A DNA stretch of 64,000 bases from Camelus ferus (taxonomy: Eukaryota), in NCBI RefSeq assembly GCF_009834535.1, contig NC_045697.1, positions 57,848,001 through 57,912,000 on the forward strand, read 5' to 3'. A program made the position numbers and the translations under genes. Positions 25,780 to 38,739 of the stretch are shown in pieces. Each line of letters starts with the position of its first letter. Position 1 is the stretch's first letter. The notes under the pieces are model-generated. The model had not been told where the DNA came from, did not search any database, and saw only the letters and a program-made list of their open reading frames with translations.

Positions 25780-26165
25780 GATAGGCTGACAAACTTTCAA
25801 AAAGTTACAAAAATATGAAAATGAATATATGTATGTTTATGCATGACTGGGACATTGTGCTGTACACCAGAACTTGACACATTATAATTGACTGTACTTC
25901 AATTAAAAATCAATTTTAAAAAGTTACAATGTATTGTAAAGCTCATTTTTTTTTCTGGAACCACTGGAGAGTAAGCTGCTGACCTAAGCCCCATCACTTT
26001 TGAACACTTTAGTTTGTATTTTCTACAAATAAGGACATTCTCCATATAACCATAATACAACCATCAAGATCAGGAAATTAACACTGATGCGTTACTGCCG
26101 TATAATCCTCAGACACCGTTCAAGATTTGCCACTTATCCCAATAATGTCCTTTATAACAAAAAGT
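25780..26165 (-). mobile_element. L1MC5-like 3' UTR fragment
   Basis: 'aaggacattctccatataaccataatacaaccatcaagatcaggaaattaacactgat..cccaataatgtcctttata'. Confidence 0.75.
25811..25917 (+). mobile_element. Very short young L1 3' tail
   Basis: 'gaatatatgtatg..tgtgctgtacaccagaacttgacac..tacttcaattaaaaa'; 12-bp TSD AAAAAGTTACAA at 25799-25810 and 25918-25929. Confidence 0.88.
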
Positions 26166-26517
26166 CATTCTCGAAAAGCTTTTAGTCTTTATTACTGCTT
26201 GCCCTACGTTAAAAATCGCAGAACCACAGAACATTGAGTAGATGATGGTACGAAAATGCTGCCTGACAATTTTCAATCTGCTAAGGATGGCTGGTTCAGA
26301 TTTAGTTCAATAAAATGCTGTCCCTTTTGGACTTCACATATGTAAATAAAGAATTGCATCTCTTCCACTAGCATCAGAAACCAGTCTAACTACCCAAACG
26401 ATGACTTCCTCTTCATCCAAAAATAAGTCAAACCCTTGACTACTGTGACAGAGCAACATCTGCAGTATCAAAATCGTTATTTTCTGAAGCTGCTTAGTTC
26501 AGGTACTTCTGTCCCAT

Positions 26518-27059
26518 TGTTAGGTAGGTAGGTAGGTGGGGGCACCAGGCAGAAAGGTGAAGAGGGAGGACGGTCGGAAGATGGCTTTATGCCCGCCTCC
26601 AGCATAAAGGGACTTTTTCTAAACAGTGCCAGCAAGAAACCGGTTAGAACCTAAGAGCCAAGACTGCAGGGCAGCAGAAAGGACTTAACCAGACACAACC
26701 CCATGCTCATTGTATTATAATGAACATTGTGGTTTAGGCCCGCCCCCCACCATGGGGTTTTCTGTGTAACGCCATGGGTAAGGACATGCGCAAAGGGGCC
26801 AAACATGAGTAAGCATTCCAGGGACAGAGCCGTCAATCAAGAGACCACCTCTGAGCGAGGGTGTAAGAGAAAGGGAGACGAAAGCCTCCGCTTTCCCTCC
26901 CTTGGGTCAGCCCGCCTCCCGTTCTTGGGGGTGTACTTTTCTTTTTTTAAATAAATCCTTTAAAATCTTTTGCGACACAACACATTGTCTCCCATTACGT
27001 AATCTTGTCTTTCGGGTAAAACAAGAACTGGGGTCTTTTTCTTTTCCTTTTGGGTAACA
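26518..27059 (+). mobile_element. Relatively young solo LTR (ERV1-like)
   Basis: TGTTA...TAACA termini, 542 bp, AATAAA near 26950 followed by U5-like sequence, GC- and CpG-richer than background, 4-bp flanks CCAT/CCTT (1 mismatch). Confidence 0.8.
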
Positions 27060-28904
27060 CCTTCACTGTATTAATGGCAAGTTAAAGGTACTAGTAAAGT
27101 CTTCCCACCCTGTGTTGGATGTGGTTCTAACCCTCCAGGCCCACAGAGTCTATTAATAATGAGGGAGTAAACTGAAAATGAGTATAAGAGCAGAATAGGC
27201 ATGTTTATGACTCATTCCTCAGAAAAGAAAAAAAAAAATTCTCCAGCTTCTTTCTTGTATTTATTTATAGCAAACTTTAAAATAAAACTTAAAATTTTTC
27301 ATTTCCTTTCTTTTCAAACCTTTTCCTGAATATCCTTATGCGTCATTAACAATGTTCCTTTCGGTTGATGTCACTTTTCGCCCTTGTTACTTTATGTATT
27401 CTTGAAAGTGCTATCTGTTTTAGGGTGAGGGGTGGGGGGTCACACAAAATCTGTCAGTCTAATTTACACAAAGAGCATATTTTAACATCTCTTTTGAAGA
27501 AATATGATACAGCATGCATCTAATATATCTTGAATAATGTCCTGCAACAGAAAACATGGTAAGCTATGAATCACACGTCAAAAATTAAACTGGGTTAAGA
27601 ATTGAAAAGCTAAGCTTATTAGCGATGAGAGCGTAACATTGTGACACCTACGTGGCTTGGCCCTTTACTGCGTTGTCCCAATAATGTTATCTTGTAGGTA
27701 AAAAGTTCAAAATTAGTCTTGATAAACACATCAGTACTTTTTAATGCCATATATTATTTCTATTTTGCAATATAGCAATTTCTGTGCAGCATTTAGCTCC
27801 CTTTTAGAGGAAATCCTATGCTTGGAATTACTTTAAACGTTCAAGAAATGTTCATCTTTTAAAGAAAACAATCTACTTCCCAAATGCTTTAAAAAAGTTG
27901 GATTCTATTAGCTGAACAGTCAGTAAATGTTGATGTTTTGAGAAGATCAGGTTTTGAACCCTTCCTCTTTTACTTTCATAGTCTCATTGAACCAGGCACT
28001 TTGTCCTGCTGAGCCTTGGTGTCCTCGACTATAAAGACGTACTGATGTGTAATAACACGCGGTAATAACTCTTCTCTCAAGGGAAATGGAAGATCAACAA
28101 GCAATCAATAATAGACATAAATATAAAAGAGCCAATGGTGTCAGACAGAAGCAAGGAATAAATCAGCCATTTAAGGTAAGTGCACGTGAGCTCACTATCC
28201 TCTCTAAGGCCTAGTGGGCTATGCCAGACCGAGACAAGCAATCATGAGGTACATTACAAAGAAAAGAAGATGAGCACTGAAGTCTTTACCTTGAACAAAG
28301 ATACATTGATAAAGTGATCTGTAATGAGTTTGGGATTATGTGCTGTAACTAATTAGAAGTCAGAAATAAATGCACCACCAGCCACGATATCCAAAAAGAA
28401 TGGAAGGATGAACTGACTGAAGGCATAATTTTCGAGTTATAATAAGACTCAGTCTCCAAAAATAAAGCATTTAAGGGGTGATTTACAGCAATAAAACTTC
28501 ATTATCAGCTCATAATGTGGGCTCCAAAAGCTTTTGGAAATTGGTGATGGAAGGGTCAAGTCCTATCAGCAATTCTTGGAGTAGGTTCAGATGGGGAGTA
28601 GCTCAGACAGAAATCCGACATCAAGATTGTATCTCACGAAGGGTTCATGTCTTTCTTTTCTGGAATGATGTGTTAATTTAACAAGCCTGAAAAAATAAAA
28701 CAAACCCCTTTTCTCCCTTCTGGGAGAACTCTTGGGAAGGAAAGCGTTTACGAATAACAAGACTACAGCTAGTTTGGTATCTGTGAATAAAGGAGATGCT
28801 TCCACAACCTATGAGGAACACAAGGGTGGGTGAGGACAGTGACCCTAACTCTTATCTTCAACTCTCCCCTTTTATCCAGAATATTCGATGTTAATCACCA
28901 GGAT

Positions 28905-29337
28905 TAATGTTTTCCCAATATCTACACACTTTGCCCTGTGACCTTGTAGTCCTCTCCCACTGTTACTGGCTTTGGTCACTGGATGTCAGCAAATATGGGA
29001 CAAGGAAAGGCTTGAAAACTGCATGCTTGCCTTTTTGCACATCTAGTCTTCTCACCCTTGTATTCTGTCACCAGCGTGAGATAAAATTTGAGCCTCCTGG
29101 GATGTGAGGGACACGTGCAGCAGAAATGAGGTCCTTCTAGATCAGTGAGCTTCCAGCCAGCCTGCCAGCTGACTCAGGCATGGAAGCAAGAAGAGTCAAG
29201 ATCACGCCAGCCCAGCCCAGCTCTGCAGAACCACCAAGCCAACCCACAGATGTAAGGGAAAAGAACTCTCATGTTAAGACTCTGAAGTTTGAGGTGGTTC
29301 ATTTGATACATTTTTGAAGCAAAAGAAAACTGAAACA
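28905..29337 (+). mobile_element. MaLR LTR (MLT1G/H-like)
   Basis: 'cagccagcctgccagctgac..cagaaccaccaagccaacccacag..gaagtttgaggtggtt..aaaactgaaaca'. Confidence 0.7.
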
Positions 29338-30624
29338 CACACACACACAGAGGAAGGCTTTGTACAATCCCAAATGAAGTTAAGAACTCATTTCCCTTGG
29401 CCTCAATACCCTGGAGTAGAGTGAATGGGAAGGGTTCTTCCATAGCCACACATTAAATCCCACATACCCTGGGAGACATGCCATTTTATTTTGTTTTAGA
29501 AAGCAACTTACTTCCCCTGGTAGTATTCCTTGAGGAACCTGCGCTCTGAAAACTTTTTGCTACTTGCCGAGAGCCTGGAGAAGAGTGTTGCTCAAGCAAC
29601 ATTAAGTGGTGATGCCGTTTATGATCTACGCTCTTCTCTGATCCTCCACATCTGCCCTTGTGCTGCTCGGTTTAACTTTATGGACTATCCGGAAAGCTAA
29701 TGATTCCTAAAGGTTAAGGTTTTTCAGTGAATATAAAGTCACGAATATTAGTTTTCTACTTTATAGGTTCATGGTCTGTAATGAATTCCTGCTTAAGCAT
29801 TTTCCTTTACTTAACAAGGAAGGTTAAAGGATCTCTATTTCTTGTCAAGGCCTTATCAATAAAATTATAATGAAGAACAATAAAGACATATCAAAGGTGA
29901 GACTTAGAGCTGTGGCAATTCTGCAGGGGCACTCTCTCCTGAAGGTTTATTTGAAACATAAGGGAATTGCACTTATAGTTGATCTTTTATAGAATGATAT
30001 AATTTAACGTGTACCGTCACTCTTAAGTGAAAGACCAGGATACCCAGCACAGGTTAAGCCTCTGTGCTCAGTTAATTAAACTGTCTCTCAGTTAAGTAGT
30101 TTGATCGAAAACTGCTAGTCTTATTAAACTGGACTTTTAAACTGTCCTGTTTGCAAAAAGAACAGTCATTCTGGATGCGTCCCTTTCATTGCCTCTTTAT
30201 AGGCTTGCAATGTACTGCAAGGCAGATACCGATGTCCTCCCTGTTAAGGACACAGAAACTGTGCCTCAGAATTGTGAGGTGATGTGTGCTTAAGATAATG
30301 AAGTTAGTAGGGAAAGAACTATGATACATGATTGAGCTTTTGGGTCCCAACGCTCTGTCTCCTTCCATGAAAAAATACTGCAGACTCAAGTTTTCTTTTT
30401 GACAAAATGGAACTCTTACTGTTTGGAAACCTAAATTTGTGGCTGGTTTGTATTGGTGCAAAATTTTACTGATTAACTCATCTATGTATTTTAGAACTAT
30501 AGTTCTGCAATCAAGACCTCAGGAAAACAGGGAAAGAAGGTAATATTCAAAACTAATTAATTACCCCTTTATAAAAACACTTTTTTTTTTTTGCTTTAAA
30601 TATGGAGGCAAACTATTCAAGTTA

Positions 30625-30860
30625 TTAGAGCCTAGGTTTGGAATCTTAAGAATCAGAATTAAAATCTATCTCTGCCACTTAGTGGCTGAGAGATGGAAAA
30701 CAAATTACTCAATTTCTGTAAGCATCAGGGCTTTTTCATTTGTAAATCTAGGACAATGATACTCATTTCCTAAGTTCCCGTAAGAAACAGATGAGCTATA
30801 CAGGTGAAGTTCCCATCACACCACTTGACTCCTAATAAGCATTCAGTGAATGGTGGCTTT
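30625..30860 (+). mobile_element. MIR SINE
   Basis: 'ctctgccacttagtggctg..caaattactcaatttctgtaagcatcagg..catttgtaaa' MIR core. Confidence 0.65.
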
Positions 30861-32084
30861 TACTATTTCTATTTTATCATCCTGAGTTGCAATGAACACA
30901 GGTTAAGATTTCACTCCAGTGTACTGTTTGCAGATAACTGAGCTTCCAATCAACTAAACCTCAGTATCCAAATTTTTTTCTCAAAATTGGGTTATTTCTA
31001 CCTTTTTTCTCTTTCAAGACCCAGGAACTTGGCTTATAATATAAATATTCTCATGGAAATTGGAGTGTGCTTTATTAATAATAAGCTTTATTAGCCCTAA
31101 GGAAGCACATATTCAAATTAAAAAATAGGATGGGTAACAAGTGTTACAGATGACAGGTGATCTTGGAAGTGACACTGACTCAGCCCAGGTTATTGGAGGG
31201 CTGATAGGGCTACTGTGCCTGCTCTGGAAACTCCCTGCCAGGCTCTTCTTGCAGAGAGTCATCTCCTGTTTGTAACTCTTAGCAGATTTGATCCTGTTGA
31301 CTCCCCAAAATAAAACACTGAAGCTACTTTCTCCCTAGCTTCCTAGCTCCCCCGAAATCCTACTCTTGCTTTCAGGGCCTCCAGCACAGGCACTGAAAAC
31401 TCCACTCCCTTCTCCAGAGAACTTAGTAATTAGCCTTGGAAATACCTGTCCTCTCTTCCACTTATTGATCTTTTCTGCCTTGTCCTGAAATCCTTACTGC
31501 TTGTTAAGACAAGGAGTAGCCACGGAAGAATTTGTTTTTACTTTTATAATTCTAACCTAGGATTTTCTATGTATTCCTATATTATGCTCAAGAAAAGAAG
31601 GTTCCACACTTAAAAAAATATTTAGAAATGCTTAATTATCACAGTCTTCAGTACAGAATTAAGAGTTCTGGAAGGTCATGAGATAATGTGTACATATATA
31701 AATACATTAAAATATATATCATAAAATATTTTTTATTAACTGATACATTACTAAATTTATAAACATATTTTATGTCAGAGGAATATATATATTTTTCAGA
31801 TTTACTCACATCTACTTGAAGTCAGAGCTTATTTTTTTATGTAAAATTAATTATTATATCAATCATGGACCACCATTTCGTGTTTCAAAGATTGAGTGTT
31901 ACTCTGTACTAATGCTCTCTTCTCAAGTAGACACCATCTCTTCTCAGCTCTTACACACAAATGTAGCCACAACATGGATATCAAACAAGCAGGCCATTTT
32001 CTAGATTTTTGGATCATTTTCTGGGTTTTCTGACTCAAATTTAGTGAGGCACTTTTTTGATCCTAACTTCCCTGAGAGTTGTTA

Positions 32085-32620
32085 TCAAACAGCCTGTCTG
32101 TCATTTGGTTGGTTTGGGTTTTCATCCCCCCCACCCTTGGGCTTCTTTGGCCATCTTATTAACCTGTGGCCTTTCTTAGAACAATGTTTTTAAGCATTTC
32201 TCTAAAAAGGTATAAAATAATAAATGCTTTAAACTGTTTTAAATATCTATTAATACAAAGGAAATCAATAATAATGAAATATAGTTACAATATTAGAAGT
32301 GTGCTACAGTTGAATATATGCATCTTGATAATGTATTAAATAAATTATTGTCAGATGTATAAATTGTTATAATTTCAAAATAATGATCAGAATAAAAGAT
32401 ACTAGGATATATTTGCAACTGGGGTAATGGGGATATGAAAATAAGTATCTGTGAGTTCTTCTAGTGAAAAAGTTACAGGCATCACTAGTATTACCATAAT
32501 TCATTGCCTGACATATATATGGAAGTAAATTTCAGTTGGAAGTTACTGAAAAAAAATATATATATAATTTTCTTCATCTAAATTAATGGTATCCCAGAAT
32601 TCTCTCTGTTGTCTGTGATT
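32085..32620. mobile_element. hAT-Charlie DNA transposon remnant (MER119-like)
   Basis: 'tacaaaggaaatcaata..gatatgaaaataagtatctgtga..aaatttcagttggaagttactgaaaa' resembles a recalled Charlie-family consensus. Confidence 0.55.
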
Positions 32621-34169
32621 AACAAGTTTGGTACTTCAACCTTATATGAAAGTTTTTATGGCTGTTACTGTGTTTGCATGAAGGCTTAAAGTATGTAGTT
32701 TTGGGGTTTTTTTAATGTAAATCTTATAGTTCTCTTGAGCTACACTGACTTGGTGCAGCACCAGTTTACTGTAAATAATTTTTTAAATTAAATATCCATG
32801 ACTGAATTATCTAAAAGAGTCTCATTCCCTTAATTTACTATAAACAACATTAAATACCCTCAAATTGCAGCTTACTCCTCAATAGTGGTAGACAAAGAGA
32901 ATCAGATGATATATCTGTACATTTCACAGATATAAAATGGCATAAATTAATGCCTAATTATCATATTTATATCCCATTTATATGTATTCATTTCTTGTTT
33001 TATGCAGGTTGACTGCAATTATATAACTTTATATGCATCACAGAATGAGATTTTATTTTTTTTTCAGCAGTAGAGAAGAATGATGTACCAGTTGTTCTCA
33101 GTATTGTATGATTTAGAGTTTTATTTAAGTTTAGTGGACAGAAAAATTAAACATGGGTTCCTAGATCAAAGTTAACGCTTCAGAAAGTAACATCAATAGC
33201 CTATATTTGAATATATTATAGATTTAAAACTTCTGATGTTATTCAAGTAATAAGTTAAAACTTCACCTTTTAAGTCAGAATCATATGTCTTCTACATTAC
33301 AATTCTTAATAAATCTATAACCTTAAAGTTCATGCAACAATAGTACAATACTTTAAAGAAACTTTGCTATATATGTTCGATCATTTGACTTTCACTGACT
33401 TTAACTGCTTACAATAAATCTAGACACTGGGATAATATAAAATTTTTAAAGATGAAAATTAGAGGAAACTGTTTTTCACAAATTCACAATGATGTAGAGC
33501 CATTCTATGTCCACAAACGCTGTACCCATTGGCATTTTTCTTCAGACATACATGAGTGTAAAATATTATCACATATTCTTCACACTACTCCCAATGCCTT
33601 TCAGTTTTAGATGAATAGTAAGTTAAAAGCAACAGAAAGGCATATTCACCAAGGGTAAATAAAATAAAGTAAAATAACTGAAATGATAAAGTTGGCAAAA
33701 CCCAAAAATTACATATAGGACTAATTAGTACATGCAGTAATTTACACTAAATGTTGATTAGCAATTTCATAGTGGTTTGCCTTTCATAAAATACTTTTAC
33801 ATAGATGTATGTGAAACAAGGCAAAGATCGATGTCATCAGCATTTTAGTTATTATATGTTATATCAACCTTACCATGGTCCTTTCAGATCAAACACTGAC
33901 AAACAGCAGGGAAATAAACTTAGTCCTGGGACCAGATGATATGTGAACTTCTTTCCTTCCTATGTAAATGCAAACCGTTTGGACACTACTTATTGACTGG
34001 GATTAAAAAGAACAGACTATATTAGTAAATGCTTGACTAGAGCCAAAGGCTGTGTTTATCTACCCTAGTAAAATACTAGGAAAGCAGCTATGCTGGGGCT
34101 ACATCTTGTTGAAGTGGCACTTCATCTTCTAACAGGGGAAGTCTTTTACCATTAACTGTCATGACCCTT

Positions 34170-34555
34170 CTGTGTGTTAGCTGCTGTGTGGCACCGCCCA
34201 GAAGCCCTATCACAGGGCTGGAATCGCTGCTGGCAGGCACTCTTAAGTCGTCACTCCTCTTTGGGAACTACGTCACTTAAAGAGCACGGATCATGTCACC
34301 ATTAGTCACAAACCTCTTCCCAGGGCAGCCCACATCCAAAGGCTTATTAACATGACAGTAAAAACGTGGGCCTCTTGCCTCAAGGTGGGCAAATCTAAAG
34401 GGCGATTCATGCCCCGGATACGTCTGTGGGGTTGCCTGAGCATCCACTTAGTGCTGCCAAAGAGCTCAACTTGTTCCTTTGCTCAGTCTAACCTCCTTCC
34501 CTTCATTTCTGCAGATAATCCTAAAATCCCTTCCTACTACCCCTCCTGCATAGGT
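34170..34555 (+). mobile_element. ERVL LTR (LTR16C-like)
   Basis: 'agggcagcccacatccaa..cttgcctcaaggtggg..ctgtggggttgcctgag'. Confidence 0.65.
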
Positions 34556-34841
34556 ACCCCAGGCACAGTGAAGTCAGGACTTCGACATAAGAGCTTCAGT
34601 GAGAAGGAGCTGACACATTCGAGCATTGTTCACGGGACAGACATCCTCTTTTAAGGACTCAGTCTGTCCAAACTTGGGTAAACATTTATCCCTTTTGAGG
34701 AGACAAAAGCATCAGGTTATCATTGTGATGTCTTTAATATTTTTGCCATAAAAATAATTTCCCTTTCTCAGAGACTATGATTACCAATCACTCTTTTGAT
34801 TTTGTTCCTCCAAATAGATATCCTTTTAAACAGATATTTTA

Positions 34842-35190
34842 AGAGAATCTTAAAAAGAAGAAAAGAGAGAGAGAGAGAGAGAAATGAACTTATTTACAAA
34901 ACAGAAACAGACATAAAAAAACAAACTTGTGGTTACGGCAGGTGGGTAAAGAGGAGATGGAGGGATAAAATGGGAATTCAGGATTTGCAGAAACTAACTA
35001 TTATATATAAAATAAATAAACAGCAAGGTCCTACTGTATAGCACAGGGAACTATAATCAATACTTTGTAATAGCCTATAATGAAAAAGAATATGAAATAT
35101 ATATGTATGTATAACTGAATCACTATGCTGTACACCAGAAATTAATACAACATTGTAAACTGATTATAGTTCAATGAAAAAATAAAAATA
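34842..35190 (+). mobile_element. Young 5'-truncated L1 3' UTR
   Basis: 'aatgaacttatttacaaaacagaaacagac..gtatagcacagggaactat..tgctgtacaccagaaatt' plus A tail; possible TSD at 34828-34841 and 35191-35204 (2 mismatches). Confidence 0.9.
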
Positions 35191-35934
35191 AAAAATATAT
35201 TTTACTCACTAGAAGATATGAAGCAATAGTTTCCTAAGTAGTAATGGTTTTAATTATAAATTAATAAATTGCCTTCTAGTTATTTATAACACATAGTTAA
35301 CTATGAGCTTGGTTAATTATGGTAAGAATTATTACATTTACAAACTTACTAGTTTTCTACTACGTGCCATGAACTGTTATAGGTGCTTTATATATCTTAT
35401 TTTAGCTATTTTTTACAAAAATTCTCAAAAAAACAAAGAATATATAAATATCTTTATTTCACAAACAAGGTTGACAAAGTTCAGTGACTTCCCTAAGAAC
35501 ACACAGCTAAGAAGTCTAATCAGATTTAAACTCAGGTCCATAGGTTACCCAAACCCACACCAAGAACTAATCTTTCCTGGTATAAATGTAACCTTATTAA
35601 ACTTCTCAGCAGATGAAAACAAAATAACATAAAACAAAACAAAAACAAAACCAGAATGTTCCCAGCAACAACTTTAAAACTCATGTGTACCCAATAGTTA
35701 TTTTTATCTAGGACTGAATTCTGTCTTCACATCAGAGACAGTTACACATCACCAAATCTCTGTGAACTTGGTTTAGGGTGTGTTCATGTGATCTGATGCA
35801 CTGAGAACAGCTTGTACAGCTTTATAAAAACACACTTTATTTTGGGATCAAGTGTGTCTCTTTCTATTGCTTGTTTCATAGAAACAGCACAGAGGTAAAA
35901 AAAAAAAAAGGCATAAATTAAATAATAATAATAA

Positions 35935-36120
35935 TAGCCACTGTTATTTAAATACTTAGCATGTGTGAGGAGCTGGTCTTAGCATTTTAATATATTGATC
36001 CAATTAATACAACTAACCTTTTACCAGATATTTGCTATTATCTTCACTTCACAGATAATGTAACTGAGGCATAGATGTGAATTAGTTCACTACTGGTTAC
36101 AAAGCTATTGAATGGAAAAA
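35935..36120 (-). mobile_element. MIR SINE
   Basis: 'tattatcttcacttcacagataatgtaactgaggcataga' antisense MIR core; a more degraded copy lies at about 35350-35560. Confidence 0.65.
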
Positions 36121-37049
36121 CCAGAAGAGGGGATGGGCTCAGTTCAAAAACCAGAACATGCAACAGAGCTAAGGTGAAAAGTGGGAAGATGAGAGGACTT
36201 AGAAGAGCATACCCCTGACAAGCCTCCCACTGCCATCCCCTCTCACATGCATACCCTTTTTTCTCCTTTATCTCTTCGGTAGTCTAATCTCTAGGCTCCA
36301 GGTGGACTCCACATATAACTGAAATGGAAGATACCTCTGTGTTGTGTTTAAGCACTCTAGAAAATCAGTTGCATTCCAGTTATTCTGTTACTGATTTAAC
36401 AGATTATTTTTTTATCATCAGGATCATTTCTTTAGGTTAAAGTATTTGATCTACATAATCTCTCTTAAACCATAACATAAGACAGCAAACCTGATTGATA
36501 TGGGGTACAACTGAGTCTGAATCACTGTGTGCTACATATGCACAAAAGATTAAGAGATTATTATGATTAATTTCCTTATTCAAGGTCTGACAGTCTAGGA
36601 GGAATGCTGCTTAAACAAATCTTAGAACGTTTACAGCATATAAATGAATTTAAGCATACAAAAGGAATTTGAGAGCATCTTACATCTCAAACTAGATTAT
36701 CGGCAATTTAGTATGGTAAACCTAAGCACAGAGTGCTGGGAACTCTGAGGAGACTCCTGACACCTAGAAGAGAAAGTCCCTGTCTGAATCTTGCAGGATG
36801 GGTAAAGGGAGCAGGAGTGGACTTTACAGAAAGAGAAAGATCATAGGAAGAGACACAAAGGTGCAAATGTTTGGTTAGTTCAGTAACCTACAAGTGAGTA
36901 ATTATTCTTGCGGCTTGGAGTTTACATGTCACGTTACCTATATAATATTCCTGCTGCCTATATAATATTTATACAATATGATATCATATAGGCAACATAT
37001 AGTTACTTACACTGTACTGTTTCTCCTCCTGTTTCTCTGTTTTTAGTTA

Positions 37050-37530
37050 GTTTTTTTCTAATGTGGACCTGATTTGTTCAGGCTATCAAAGTATACAACC
37101 TCTTTCCCAGACACCCTTGAAACTAGAGGAGACCATGTACCCAGATCTGGACAAAGTAGAGGTGTAGTAGATAGGACTACGAGTAAAGCTATTATTTTCA
37201 TGACAAAAAGGACATGTTCAGTTGTCATGTGTCATGTATCTCTTTTATGTTACCCTTTCCTCCTTTTTCCTGCTGGAAACTTAGGAGAAATTTCTGGAAA
37301 CACATCAGCCTTATTTTGACCTTGAGGATGAAAGCTACATAGTGCAAGGTCCAGAGTGGAAAGATAAGAGCCTGAGACCTCAATGACTTCTTCATGTGTT
37401 AATGTTCTAAGAAGTCCCAACGACTGTGAATAACTTGAGGGAACAAACAAAAGACAAAATAAGGAGGGGGATGACATCACCATTAGATTGGACTATGTGG
37501 CTTAATATGAGAGCCAGATTGCTAACTAAA
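37050..37530 (+). mobile_element. Old MaLR LTR (MLT1I/J-like)
   Basis: 'tttcccagacacccttgaaactagaggagaccatg..cagccttattttgaccttgagg..gagcctgagacctcaatgac'. Confidence 0.55.
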
Positions 37531-38739
37531 TATCACAATTAGGAAAACTACTCGCCAGTCACAAGCAATGTGTAGAAAGGTCAGTAATAAGGAAAGGACT
37601 GAAGGTAAAAACTAACTGCCGCTCTCAAATGATTCCAGGTTCCCATGAAACCCCTAATCTAAATTCCTCGTTAAAAGCAAGGGAATTTTTTTGTTCAGAC
37701 TGGAGGTTCTGTATTCATGATAAAATAGTTTTTTATCTCAAATTTTTCTCTTCACTTGACACTAATTATTTGGCCATTATGAAAGACAGAATGACTGACT
37801 ATGAAACCAATGAGCCTTTGAAGCACTACAGGCACATGGTGATGAGAGATAACCAACTCTGACATTGGTATTCAACAACTATGTTTGAATCATGAGCCAG
37901 TAGCATGGTGAGCACTTCAGCCCATTTCTCTAATATTGTGGCTGATGAAAAGCATGCCAATTCAGCATAGGTTTGATTTTCTATAGTTTATAAAAGGCAT
38001 CAGACCGTGAATATCCAGTTCAGGACATTAAGGTATAAAATCAAATAATAACATTAAAACACAAGAGACTATGTGAGATAACTTGAAACATATATAGGAA
38101 TGCAGTAATAAATAAAGTATGGCACACTCGACAGACGAGTGACACAAGTGGCACTTCCTGCCACATACCTGAGCAAAAGGGCCATCTACTTTCTGGGAAA
38201 ACAGTCAGATATGTAGACAGCTGCAGACAGAACACATGAAGGGGTGAAAAGCGGCACACTGCCTTGTCACCTGTACATCTCCAGCAACCAATAGTGTGGC
38301 ACTTGTCACAATATTAGGCAATTTAGTTTGGGGGGGATTTATGGTAGTCCTTTGTCAGTGACACTTTTGTGACTCTCTCCACACTGAAGTCTGGCTCTTT
38401 TATTTCCCATATATTTTAGGTAATTGTTAAGAGTGTGGGTTCTGAATTCAAATAACATAAATCAGATACATGGTGTTTTACCAGCGAAATATTAAAACAA
38501 TTACCCCAAAACTTATTCTCAATATACTTGTTACCTTAAAATTAACTCTGTGCTAGCAAGGCCCTGTTTTAGGTAGGGTAGGCCATAAGCATGTCCAGTC
38601 TAAATCAGTATTTACTCATCTTTCATCTCCTTTTATTAGTTTTTAACTTTCCCCTTGTTTGTGACCTAGACTTTTATACCTTATTTACTGAAGTTTTCAG
38701 ACCTCTGTAGTAGCTCTTCTCTGCAGACCAAGAATGGAA

